This document shows, one piece after another, positions 8,219 to 18,161 of a stretch of 64,000 nt of DNA. A program made the position numbers and the translations under genes. Location: the NCBI GenBank assembly GCA_963797955.1, contig CAWCRO010000022.1, forward strand, positions 66,480 to 130,479, written 5' to 3'. Origin of the DNA: an uncultured Solirubrobacterales bacterium (GTDB lineage: Bacteria; Actinomycetota; Thermoleophilia; Solirubrobacterales; Solirubrobacteraceae). The notes below the pieces were generated by a model, which was given only the letters and a program-made list of their open reading frames with translations, ran no database searches and was not told the origin of the DNA. How positions within the stretch are numbered: the stretch's first letter is position 1; every line of letters begins with the position of its first letter.

Positions 8219-10037
8219 TCAACGGGTCGATTTTCGCCCAGAACTGACAGCGAGCGGCGCCGACCGAGCCATCACGTGGCGCCCTCCATCCAGCGCCTGC
8301 ACGGCAACGTCGGCGTACCGCCCGATCGTGATCGCGGTCTCGAACCCCCTTCGCCGGGCGGTGGTAACAAGCCGCAGCGAACTCGGGCTCCGGCCGCCCA
8401 GTACTCGCCATGACGACACGCCCGTGGCGCCGTTCCAGCTCGCGTACACGACCAGCCCGTGGCGGGTGCTCGTGACGGCGAGGCTGGGCGGCGTCACGCT
8501 CGGGTCCGGGCGACCGTTCCAAGGGAGCAGGTAGGCCCGGTAGCTGGCGTTCTGGCCCACGAAGCGGGCGTCGAAAAGCAGCTTGCCGCCCGGGCCGTAT
8601 TCGCTGATGTAGGGCCGGGCTCCCCAGCCGACGAAGTCGGTGTGACCGGGGAGCTGTTGGAGGCTGCCGGCGAAGGGAGCCAGCGTGGGTGGTGAGTGCG
8701 AATCTCTGTGGACCTGGGTGGCTGTCATGTGCTTGAGATCGAGCCGGAGCTTCACCGCACCGGATTGTTTGCGTACCTCGTAGGTCCCCGACTCGTTGTC
8801 GAACAGCGTGATGTACAAGTCATTGCGCGCCTGGACGCGCACGTCGTGCTGAAAGGCCCAGTAGGTCCGCGGAGCCAGTCTGAAGCTCGAGTCGACCCCG
8901 CCGAGGCGCCAGATGACCGCCCCGGTGTGGCGGTCGATCTTGTAAATCGTCCATGTGTTGCGTCCCGACACGATCAGGTTCCCGTCACGGTCGACATCGA
9001 CGCAGTTGGCGTGGAAGTAGTCGAACGGGTCGCGCGTGCGGCTTGGTGGGAGGCGCGCGTAGGAATCGGTGACCGGGACGTGGTCGAGGCTGTCCCACTG
9101 AAACAGCAGCAACCCGGTCGGGATGTCGATCTCCTGCACCACGCTGTCGACGACGATCTGCTGCTTGTTCCCCCTCGGATCGCCGAGGCGTCCCAGTACA
9201 CGAATTGATACGAAGTGATGATTGCCGTGTTCAACCGAGTGATCTCGAACTCGTGGAGATCGGTCGGCAGCTGGTTGGCAGCGTCGACGATTCCGATCTG
9301 CCGATAGGAGCTGTCGTCGATCACGTCCTCACCAAAGCCGAGCCCGGCTCCGCTTAGTCCCTGCCACCAGGTCAGAACTGGCTTGCCCAGATACCGCTGA
9401 ACCCGGAGGTCGCTGGCTCTCTGACCGGCTGGCAAGGGGCTGAACCAGATGAGGCTGCCATTGCCGTCGACGATCATCGGACCGTCTGCCAGCGGCCCGT
9501 ACCAGGGAGTTAGGAAGATGTCGCCGGGAAGCGCCGTCCGGGACCGGTGGGACACCCGAACGGCCACTGGCCGCAAATCCGGCCGTGAGTGAAACTTGAG
9601 CACGTCACCCGGGACACGCGGAGCGGGGATCCCGGGCTTGTTAGGCACCGCTCCTGACGGAATCGCGACGCTGAAGCGAAACACTCCCCTCGACCCTCCG
9701 TCGATGTTGAGCGATGTCGTCACGGTCACTGTCTCGCCTGAGCGTGAACGGCGCCAAAGGCAGGAAGCTGCCCCCGCGACCGTCGGAGTCGCCGCGCAAG
9801 CGTCCCTGCATGAACGCCGCTGGTCGAGCCGACCACAGTGACCGCGCCAATGCCGGTGATCGGCACCCCGCGGAAGACGATCTGGGTGTGAGTCGAGGCT
9901 ACGCGACTTCCCGGAATCGGGAACACGTACACCTGTGGTCCCACGCGCGGCGCCCCGGGCGCAGGCCCCGCCAGCATCAGTGGGCCAATCGCGCCGAGCA
10001 GGCAACCGAGCGTCGCGGCGATCCGGCGGACGGTCAC
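8219..10037 (-). pseudogene. Arylsulfotransferase (ASST) family secreted protein, three frameshifts (~9790, ~9745, ~9170); may be intact in vivo
   Basis: GPMIVDGNG, DLRVQRYLGKPVLTWWQG, DLHEFEIT, DPFDYFHANCVD, IVSGRNT, FQHDVR, LFDNE, FVGWG, SYRAY spread over four ORF segments; GTG overlaps the sulfatase TGA. Confidence 0.8.
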
Positions 10038-11606
10038 CCGGGGCCCGAATCCCGGACGTGCATCGCGCTCCAGCACCGCCGCTCGCCGTGGCAGCGCTCC
10101 AGTCGCCGCAGCTCTGAATGCAGCAGCGCCGACTGTGACCGAGTGAGGCGGGCGGCGCGGTTGTGTAGCTCGAACGGGTCGATTCGCAGGTCGTAGAACT
10201 CGCGCTCGCCATCGGCGTACTCGACGTAGAGAGATCGAGGAGTCCGCATCGCCTCGTACGTGGTGGGGCTGCCACTCGCGGGCTGCTGGAAGTCCGGATC
10301 GAGCACCGACATCCGCGTCCCCTGGTGCTCGACCAGGACCGACGTCTCTCCAGTCCGCTGCCCCTGCGCCATGACAGCAGTGGCGACCAGACTGTGGCCG
10401 TCGCCCGCGAGTCGCGTGCCGCCGAGCGCTGCGAACGTCTCGGCCAGATCGACATTCTCCGCCATCGAGTGGGTCGACGTCCCGGGCTTTACTCCCGGGC
10501 CCGTGATCAGGAGTGGAACATGGATGTCGGTGTCATAGGCGGTGAGCTTTCCGGGCATCAGTCGGTATTCGCCTGTGTGCAGGCCGTTGTCGGAGCTGAA
10601 AACGACGTAGGTGTCGCCAGAAACGCCCGCGGTGGCCAACGCAGCCTCGACTCGTCCAATCATGCGATCGACCGCTTGCACCGACTGCGCCCGCCGTCGG
10701 AACGTTGAGTCGACGTCGGTGACCTGCTGTCCGGACAGCCGGGGGTGGTGGGCAAGCCAGCGGGGCGCCGACGGCGGGAACGACATCGAAGTTCGGGTGC
10801 CGCGGGACTGCCAGCCGCGGAAAGTCCCGATCATCCCGCGGCGCGGGGACGAAGGGGGAATGGGGCGCGAAGGTCGCTAGTTCGAGGAAGAACGGGTGGT
10901 GCCGGCGTGCGCTGCGCCTGATGAATGCGGCGCCCTTGTTGGCAAGCACGTCGGTCAGGTAGTCCGACGGCCGGTGCCCGTAGCTGCGGACGCGGCCGTT
11001 CTCGTTGAGCGTGTAGTCAAACTCCGAATAGCCCCAGCCCGAAACGTCCCACTCGCTCCAGCCCTGCGGGACGTAGGTCAACGGGACGTCGGCGTTGGTG
11101 CCGTCGCCGAGTCGGCCCGGGGGCTGCATGTAGCCGTTGAGGTACTTGCCCATCATCGCCGTCTCGTAGCCCTGGCGGTGTAATGCAACCGCGAACGTGT
11201 CGCGCTCTAGACCTCGATCATGGAAGGCTGGGAACCCTCCGTGCGGTCCGAAGTTAGCCAACACGCCGGTGTCGTGTGGAAATTTTCCGCTGAGGATCGA
11301 TGCGCGCGACGGGCAGCAGAGCGAATCCGACACGAAATAATTGCGGAATGTCAGACCGCTCTTCTTCATCGCCTGGACATGAGGCATGAACCGCGCGAGG
11401 TCGAGTGAGAGGTCGTCGGTGAGAATGAACACGATGTTCGGCCGGCGGCCCGTCGGACGGGCGGTGCGTGCATGCATGGTCGCCCGCGCAGAGGCCGTGG
11501 GTTGCGCAACCTCCAAGCGCGAGGGCAGGACGATCCCGCCCACAAGCCCGGCCGCGCCTAGGAGCGCAACCGTGAGCCGAGCTCGCCGGATGCTAGGAAC
11601 CCTCAC
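10034..11606 (-). pseudogene. Secreted FGly-type sulfatase (N-acetylglucosamine-6-sulfatase-like), one frameshift ~10770
   Basis: PNIVFILTDD, LCCPSRASILSG (CxPxR), MGKYLNGY, FAPHSP, FSSDNGLHTGEYRL, GKLTAYDTDIHVPL, YDLRIDPFELHN. Confidence 0.88.
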
Positions 11607-12698
11607 CTGGCCGATCCTTGATACCCGGCGACCAGTGGCCGCTCTTCAGGCAAAGTGTCAGTGAGGCCGCCAACGGCGATGCATCTCGTGGGCGAGGCAC
11701 ATGACACTGCGTCGAGGCTCCACCCAAGCTCGGGCGTCCGGGGGACAGGCAACGGCTGAGCCGTCCAGCGGATCCCATTCCAGCGTTCGGCGTTGACCAG
11801 CGGAGGCTGGACGCCCACTGCGGTGCACGACCCTACCGCGGGACACGAGAGCGCGCTCGTCATCTCGCCGGTGCGTTGCATCGACCAGCGCAGGCCGTTC
11901 CACCGCTCGGTGAGGGGCCGGGCGATCTGACCTTCGTTGAGGGGTTGAATCGTGCCGACCCCAATGCATGCGCTGGCCGATGCGCACGAGACGCCCGTGA
12001 ACGATGGGGCCCCGGCTCCCCGCTTCGTGCAATATCCGGCGTCGGGCGTGCGCAGGATCGCCCATCGCGAGCCGTTCCAGCGTTCGGCCAACGACTCACA
12101 CCCGTTGTTGCCAACCGCAACGCACGACCCGGAAGACGGGCACGACACAGCCTCGAGTGCGACGCCACCCAGCGCGTTTCGTCCCGTTCTTGCTGTCTGC
12201 TGACTGCGCCAGCGCCTGCCGTCCCAGCGGAACGCCCGCGTACCGCCGACCGCCGTGCAGGTAGTAGCCGCGGAACACGAGACGCTCGTCAGTGATCGCG
12301 GCAAAAGTCCTTTCGTCCAGACTCCACGGTGCAGCCGCTCCACCAACCCGTGGATCCCGAGCGAGCCGATCGCGACACAGCTCCGATCGGAGGTGCAGGA
12401 CACTGCGTCCAACGAGGCGCCGGTGAGCCGGAGGGATGGCTGCCGCGACCACCGTGAGCCGTTCCACTGCTCGATCAGGGGTAGCTCAGCGCCCGAGCCG
12501 GGCGACGGCCATGCCGACGGCCACACACCAGGTAGGGGTCGGGCACGAGACGCCATCTAGACGAGCGCTGAGGTTTCGTCGCCCCGAGCCCGCGGGTCTG
12601 GGAAGGAGATGAAGCGACCAGCGCGCCGCTACCGCCGGCACGGGTCCCGTCGCGCACGAAATCGCGACCAATCCCGAGATGAGGCTGACCCTGAGCAT
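11603..12698 (-). pseudogene. Second secreted 7 x VSC-x5-C repeat protein, one frameshift ~12510
   Basis: One repeat in ORF 12486..12848 and six in ORF 11603..12556; signal peptide from ATG 12698; stop overlaps the sulfatase GTG. Confidence 0.75.
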
Positions 12699-13001
12699 CG
12701 CTGGCCGTCGGTCTTTTCTGCCGTCGACGGATCGTCGGCGACGCGGACGCGCGGGTGGAGCGACGTCGCGAACGGACCGACGTATCGCGATCCCGATCAC
12801 GCCGTCCACGCAGCAAAGCTTCATCGTCCAGTACGGGTTCATGCGCAAGGACTCTGCTGCGACCTCATAACGTCGTGTTCACATCAGGTAACAACCGCCC
12901 GCCCGTGGGGCGAGATGCGATCCCTTTCGCCGTCGCGGCGGTGATCGACGCGGAAGACCTAGCCGCTGCTTGTGCAACCAGACCCCGGTGGGGCTTGGCC
13001 G

Positions 13002-13502
13002 TCAGAAGCGGTGGCGGGTGTGGCTGAATCTGCCTTTCGCGAAGGCCAGGACCTTTGACGGGCGGACAGCGAACACGATCGCGGTTCCGGCGCCATGACG
13101 GAAGCCATCGGTGCCGACTTGGTAGTGCCAGCGCCCGTCCCACTTTTGTGTCCAGGCGTCGGCGAGCTGGTGGAGCTTGTCAGCGCTGGTGACACGGATC
13201 GCTTCGCCCTCGATCACGACGTCGAGGCCGCTTTGCCAGTCGTTGGCTCCGGTGGTCAGCGCGACGCGCGGGTCGGCGGCGATGTTGAGCGCTTTCTGCT
13301 CGTCTGGTCCGGTCGAGAAATGCAGGGCGTCGTCGAGCCAGACGGCGACGAGCGGGGTGACGTGCGGGCGGCCATCGGCGCGTACGGTCGAGATCCAGAA
13401 CAGCTCGGCTCGTTTGATCTCAGCGAGTGTCTGCTCCCAGCTGACGGGCTGTGCGTCCGGCTCGCTAAACCGACGGTCGAGCTCGGTCCGGGGTGTGGTC
13501 AT
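13002..13502 (-). CDS. Pyridoxamine 5'-phosphate oxidase-like (split beta-barrel) protein
   Basis: LFWISTVRADGRPHVTPLVAVW, KALNIAADPRVAL, VVIEGEA. Confidence 0.85.
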   Translation of the reverse strand: MTTPRTELDRRFSEPDAQPVSWEQTLAEIKRAELFWISTVRADGRPHVTPLVAVWLDDALHFSTGPDEQKALNIAADPRVALTTGANDWQSGLDVVIEGEAIRVTSADKLHQLADAWTQKWDGRWHYQVGTDGFRHGAGTAIVFAVRPSKVLAFAKGRFSHTRHRF

Positions 13503-13705
13503 CGGGACCTCCTGTGCTCACGATGGGCGGGTGATGGGTAGGCGTCGGCGGCGATCTCGGCCTGACTCGCCAGTACCGTCACAGACCCCGGGCCGACCCA
13601 GAACTCATCGCGCCGTCGCGACAACTATGAGCTGATCGATCATCTCACTGCTGCAATGCCGATCGGTTCGGTAATTCTTGTTGGCTTCGAGTTGCGTAGG
13701 CTGGG

Positions 13706-14929
13706 GTGATTGGTGCGCGACGGAGGTCGAGGCTGGACTTGGGCGGTCTGCTGGCCGCGGTTGAGAATGCGCCGCCGGTCGCAGCCGCCGATGTCGTCGC
13801 GGAGCTGCTCGCGGACACGTTGGCAGCGTCTGAGGTGGCGTTCCTCATCGCGGACTTCAGCGGCGATGCCCTGATCCGGCTGAGCCATACCGCGGCGCCG
13901 GCGAGGAGCATTTCGGGCGCAGAGGTCGCTGAGCCGGTGCCCTTGGACGGGAGTGCGCATGGTCAGGTGCTCGCTGCCCAGGCAGTCCGCGTTGACGAAG
14001 AGGGCGGCAGTTGGCGGGTGCTCGCTCCAGTGACCAACCGCGGGGAAGCCATCGGTGTGCTGGAACTCCTGCTGGCTGACGAGCCAGACGAGCAGTGCCT
14101 TGCTGACGTTGCGCTGGCCGCGCACGCGCTCGCATATGTCGTTATTGCCAACCGCCGGTTCACGGATCTGTTTGAGTGGGGGCAGCGCTCTGTCCCACTG
14201 TCGCTGGCCGCTGAGATCCAGCATCGCCTGCTTCCGGCGGCCTATACCTGCGAAGCGGGTCAGTTCTCGCTGGCTGCGTGGTTAGAGCCGGCCGGGAACA
14301 TCGCGGGAGACACGTTTGACTTCTCTTTGGAGCGCGACGTCTTGCATCTCTCGATGACCGACGCGATGGGACATTCGGTGCAAGCGGCGATGCTGGCAAC
14401 GGTGTTGGTCGGCGCGCTTCGGAACGGTAGACGCGTGGGTGTCGACTTGGCCGAGCAGGCGCGCCTGGCCAGCGTCGGCCTCGCCGAGCAGTTCCACCGC
14501 TGCGAATACGTCACGGGGCAGCTGGTCCGGGTCGACCTGCGAACCGGGATAGCGGAGATCGTCAACGCCGGACACCCACCCCCTCTGCGCCTGCGCGACG
14601 GGCGTGTCACCTCGGTGGATCTCAAGGCGGACCTCCCGTTCGCGTGGGGCGAGCACGATTACCGAGTGCAGCCGCTGGAGCTTGCGCCAGGCGACCGGCT
14701 GGTGTTCCTCACCGACGGCATGCTAGAGCGAAACGCCTCCAGCCTGGACATCGAGGCGCTGGTCGCCCAAGGCGCGCAGATGCACTCCCGCCAAGCGGTG
14801 CAGCATCTCATCCGAGCGGTCCTCAAAGGCACCGGAGGCCAGCTCAAGGACGACGCGGCCGTGATGTGCCTCGACTGGCACGGCGGCTCCCCCCGCCTGC
14901 GGGCAAGCGACTCCGGCGCCGACCGCTAA
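13706..14929 (+). CDS. RsbU/SpoIIE-type PP2C Ser phosphatase with GAF-like N-terminal domain
   Basis: SLAAEIQHRLLP, AGDTFD, MTDAMGHS, NAGHPPP, LVFLTDGMLE, KDDAAVMCL. Confidence 0.9.
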   Translation: MIGARRRSRLDLGGLLAAVENAPPVAAADVVAELLADTLAASEVAFLIADFSGDALIRLSHTAAPARSISGAEVAEPVPLDGSAHGQVLAAQAVRVDEEGGSWRVLAPVTNRGEAIGVLELLLADEPDEQCLADVALAAHALAYVVIANRRFTDLFEWGQRSVPLSLAAEIQHRLLPAAYTCEAGQFSLAAWLEPAGNIAGDTFDFSLERDVLHLSMTDAMGHSVQAAMLATVLVGALRNGRRVGVDLAEQARLASVGLAEQFHRCEYVTGQLVRVDLRTGIAEIVNAGHPPPLRLRDGRVTSVDLKADLPFAWGEHDYRVQPLELAPGDRLVFLTDGMLERNASSLDIEALVAQGAQMHSRQAVQHLIRAVLKGTGGQLKDDAAVMCLDWHGGSPRLRASDSGADR

Positions 14930-14974
14930 ACCCACACTCTTGAGAACTTCAGTGATCAGTAGTTGGCCGCGTCG

Positions 14975-15448
14975 CTATTGGGTGACGGAGTCGCGGTAGC
15001 GACCGAGGAGCCGCCGCAGCTCCGAGATCCCGTCCTCGCCAAGAGCCGCGGCGTGTTGGACGTTGCGCTCGCGGCTGGTGTGGTTGATCGTGTCGAGCGC
15101 GTCCCGGCCGTCGGCGGTGAGGATCAGCAGCGGTGACCGTCGGTGGTCGGGGTTGGGTTCGTAGCTTGCGAGTTCCTCGGCGACGAGCTGGTCGGCGACG
15201 CGCTGGACGCTTTGCCGGGTCAGTCCGAGGCGTCGGGCGAGCATCGCGACGCTGAAGCGGCCGGTCGCGGCGATCCACATCACTTGCCACCGCGCCTGGG
15301 TTTGACCGGCAAGCTTGGCGATCGCCTCGCCATCGCGGCGCAGCACGCCGGCGAGTTCGAAGACCTCAGCGACCAGGTGCTGCATCTCGACGTTGCGCTC
15401 CTCGTCGTTCATGCGGTCGAAGTTTAGCGCAGTGCTGTCATAAATCAT
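14975..15448 (-). CDS. MarR-family transcriptional regulator
   Basis: QTQARWQVM, LARRLGLTRQSVQRVADQL, NPDHRRSPLLILTADG. Confidence 0.9.
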   Translation of the reverse strand: MIYDSTALNFDRMNDEERNVEMQHLVAEVFELAGVLRRDGEAIAKLAGQTQARWQVMWIAATGRFSVAMLARRLGLTRQSVQRVADQLVAEELASYEPNPDHRRSPLLILTADGRDALDTINHTSRERNVQHAAALGEDGISELRRLLGRYRDSVTQ

Positions 15449-15461
15449 TCTTCCTGGCGTC

Positions 15462-15479
15462 TTGACAGGCTCTTGTCAA
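15462..15479. promoter_or_regulatory. Palindromic operator TTGACA-N6-TGTCAA overlapping a -35 element (-10-like AAGGAT at 15485-15490)
   Basis: Perfect 6-bp arms in the divergent marR/membrane-protein intergenic; 17-bp -35/-10 spacing. Confidence 0.65.
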
Positions 15480-15531
15480 ACTGGAAGGATGATCCCGCAC
15501 AACCCTCTCCCCTCGACCACAGGAGCAGTCC

Positions 15532-16158
15532 ATGTCATCGACCGTCGTTTCAGAGCACGCAAAGCAGGCACAGGCCGCTGGCCCCGGCGCGGGGATCTAC
15601 CTCGCGTTCATCCCGTGGGTTGTGTTCAGCGTTGTCGCGGAGCACTCAACGCTGAAGCTCGCCGCCGCCGGAGCGTTACTCGCATCGGCGGTGATCGCGG
15701 CGCGTTCGGCCCGGTCTGGCGGCGCGAAGGTGCTCGAACTCGGCGCCGTGCTGGCGTTCGTCGTCTTCACCGTCGTCGCGTTCACGGCCGATCCCGCGAC
15801 CGCCGAGTTCGTTGACCGCTACGCTCGCGCGATCGCCGCCGGGCTGCTGTCGTTGATTGCGTTCGGGTCGCTGCTGGTGGTGCCGTTCACCGAGCAGTAC
15901 GCCCGCGAGACGGTCCCGCGGCAGCTGTGGTCCTCGCCGCAGTTCAAGCAGATCAACCGCAAGCTGACGGCGATGTGGGGCCTGGTGTTCGCCGCGATGG
16001 TCCCCGCGCACGTGATCGCCGGGGCGCTGGACACGCACCGAGCGAACCTCGTCTTTAACTGGGCGATCCCGATTGTGCTCCTGATCTGGGCCGCCAAGCG
16101 AACCACGCGGGCCAGCGACAGCGCCGACAGCGACCGAGCACCGATCCCGGCGCAGTAA
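15532..16158 (+). CDS. Integral membrane protein (about 6 TM)
   Basis: Hydrophobic segments; PFTEQYARE and FKQINRKLTAMWG motifs; RBS AGGAG. Confidence 0.8.
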   Translation: MSSTVVSEHAKQAQAAGPGAGIYLAFIPWVVFSVVAEHSTLKLAAAGALLASAVIAARSARSGGAKVLELGAVLAFVVFTVVAFTADPATAEFVDRYARAIAAGLLSLIAFGSLLVVPFTEQYARETVPRQLWSSPQFKQINRKLTAMWGLVFAAMVPAHVIAGALDTHRANLVFNWAIPIVLLIWAAKRTTRASDSADSDRAPIPAQ

Positions 16159-16184
16159 TGGCGATCAAACCGCACACCTACATC

Positions 16185-17123
16185 TCAAGTGATGTCAAAC
16201 AGCGCCATCGCGTTGCGCTCGAGGATCGCCTCCGCCTCGTCGGGGGTGATCTGGGGGTCCTTGACGTATTCGATGGCGCGCACGAACACATCGCCCGCCT
16301 CATAGGGAAAGTCCGTTCCGAGCACGAGTCGGTCTGCTCCGAGGGAGTCGATCGCGCAGCGCAGCGCGGGGACGTGGCACTGCCCGACGGTGTCGTACCA
16401 CATTCGGCGGGCGGCGATGCTGGGCCGCTCGGGCGTGCCGGGTGCCTCCCACTGGTAGTTGTCGGCGCGCTGCAGCAGCATCGCAAGCGCGCCGCCGAGG
16501 TGTGGGTTGATGATCTTGATGTTCGGATAGCGGCTCGGGATCCCATGCGTGATCAGCTGCATAACGCAGATCGTGTCCTCCACGGGCGCGCCCACCATCC
16601 AGGTCAGCCCGCTGTCGCGGATCAGCGGCGAGCACGCGTTGTTGCCCGCCGGGTGAAGGAACAAGACGGCAGCCCTACGGTCAAGCTCGGCAAAGATCGG
16701 CTCGAAGTCAGGCTCGACGAGCGCACGGCCGAGCACCGTCGTGTTCAGCGTCACTCCGACCATCCCCAGGTCATCCAGAGCACGACCCATCTCGGCGATC
16801 GACTCATCGATGTGCGGCATCGGCATCGCCGCCAACGAGCGAAACCGGTCTGGGTGACGTCCAACCAGTTCCGCGTACTGGTCGTTGACGAATCGGGCGG
16901 CGGCTACTGCCTTCTGTCGGTCGTCGCCGTGAGGAAGCTGCGGTGAGGCGGAGAGCACCTGCATCTCTACCCCTGCCCGGTCCATCAGCCGCAGCCGCGC
17001 CTTGAGCGCCGAACCGCCACCAGCACCCATCCCGCGCTGAGTGCCAGTGTCGGTCTTGCCAAGCTCGACCAGCAGATCGAGATAGTCATCAGTCCAGTAA
17101 TGCGCGTGCACGTCGATTCGCAT
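16185..17123 (-). CDS. Amidohydrolase-2 family protein (ACMSD/aromatic decarboxylase-like)
   Basis: IDVHAH, FLHP, NPHLGG, LGTDFPY. Confidence 0.9.
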   Translation of the reverse strand: MRIDVHAHYWTDDYLDLLVELGKTDTGTQRGMGAGGGSALKARLRLMDRAGVEMQVLSASPQLPHGDDRQKAVAAARFVNDQYAELVGRHPDRFRSLAAMPMPHIDESIAEMGRALDDLGMVGVTLNTTVLGRALVEPDFEPIFAELDRRAAVLFLHPAGNNACSPLIRDSGLTWMVGAPVEDTICVMQLITHGIPSRYPNIKIINPHLGGALAMLLQRADNYQWEAPGTPERPSIAARRMWYDTVGQCHVPALRCAIDSLGADRLVLGTDFPYEAGDVFVRAIEYVKDPQITPDEAEAILERNAMALFDIT

Positions 17124-17234
17124 GGTGTCCTCTGGCTTTCGTTGTTTCTCACTGCAGCGAATCGGTTGAACCAGCCGTCGCGGCTTTGGTCGATGCGTCG
17201 CTGCTTGACGGTGACCGCGTTTGGTAGGCGCCGA

Positions 17235-18000
17235 TCAGCGCAGCGCGTCAACGTCGGCGTCAGTCAGCTCTACTTCGCCCGCGGCGAGGTTCTCCCGCAG
17301 GTGCTCGAGCGTGAGCGTGCCCGGGATCGGCAGGGTCGTCGATGAGCGGCGCAGCAGCCAGGCGAGCGCGATCTGCTCGGGCGTTGCGCCGTGGCCGGCG
17401 GCGATGTCGGCGAGCGCCGGCGAGCCGCCGCGCAGCGGGAAGTAGGGAACGAACGGGATGCCTTCGCTCGGCGCAGTAGTCGACGACATCGTCGTGTTTT
17501 CGCTCGCTGAGGCTGTACTGGTTCTGGACCGCGGCGATCGGCACCACCTGGCGAGCCGCGCGGATCTGCTCGACGCTCACGTCGGAGATGCCGACGTTGC
17601 GGATTCTGCCTCGGTCGCGATACTCGGCGATCACGCCGAGACTCTCCTCCAGCGGCGTCTCGGGGTCGACCCGGTGAAGGTAGTAGAGGGAGATCACCTC
17701 GGTCCGCAGTCGCCGAAGGCTCTCCTCGATCTGCGACCGAAGCACCGCTGGGCGCCCCTCGCCTGGGTTGTAGCCGCCCTTCGTCGCGACGACCACGCCA
17801 TCGGGGATGGGATTGAGCGCCGCGCCGATCGTTTCCTCGCTCTCCCCGCGCGTGTAGAGGTAGGCGGTGTCGATGTGGCTGACGCCTGCCTCGACCGCGT
17901 CGCGAATGAACTCGACGTTCTTGGGAGTGTTCGTGAGTCGGTTGGTGCCGAGGCCGATCCTTCCGACCTCGACGTTGCCGACCCGCAGCGTGTTGGTCAC
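17235..18000 (-). pseudogene. Aldo/keto reductase, one frameshift ~17465 (extra A); may be intact in vivo
   Basis: IDTAYLY, VATKGG, LYYLHRVDP, IGISDVS, VQNQYSL; continues in another frame as GIPFVPYFPL...QIALAWLL...IPGT...HLRENL. Confidence 0.85.
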
Positions 18001-18161
18001 TGTCGTGCCCCGATGTCGACTACCCGCCCCCACAGGTCGGGCCAAAAGCCGCCCTCGACCTCTACGCGCTGCACTGGGCCGCCGCGCCGAAAATAGACCG
18101 CCTCTTGACTACCGTGGTCGCGCATACCCGCAAATCTACCGGTGTCTCGATCACTCAAGCG

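Noticed and set aside
8974-10455. 493-aa ORF as a stand-alone gene
   Set aside because: Only its middle is coding (one frame of the frameshifted ASST); the ends are off-frame reads of the sulfatase and ASST
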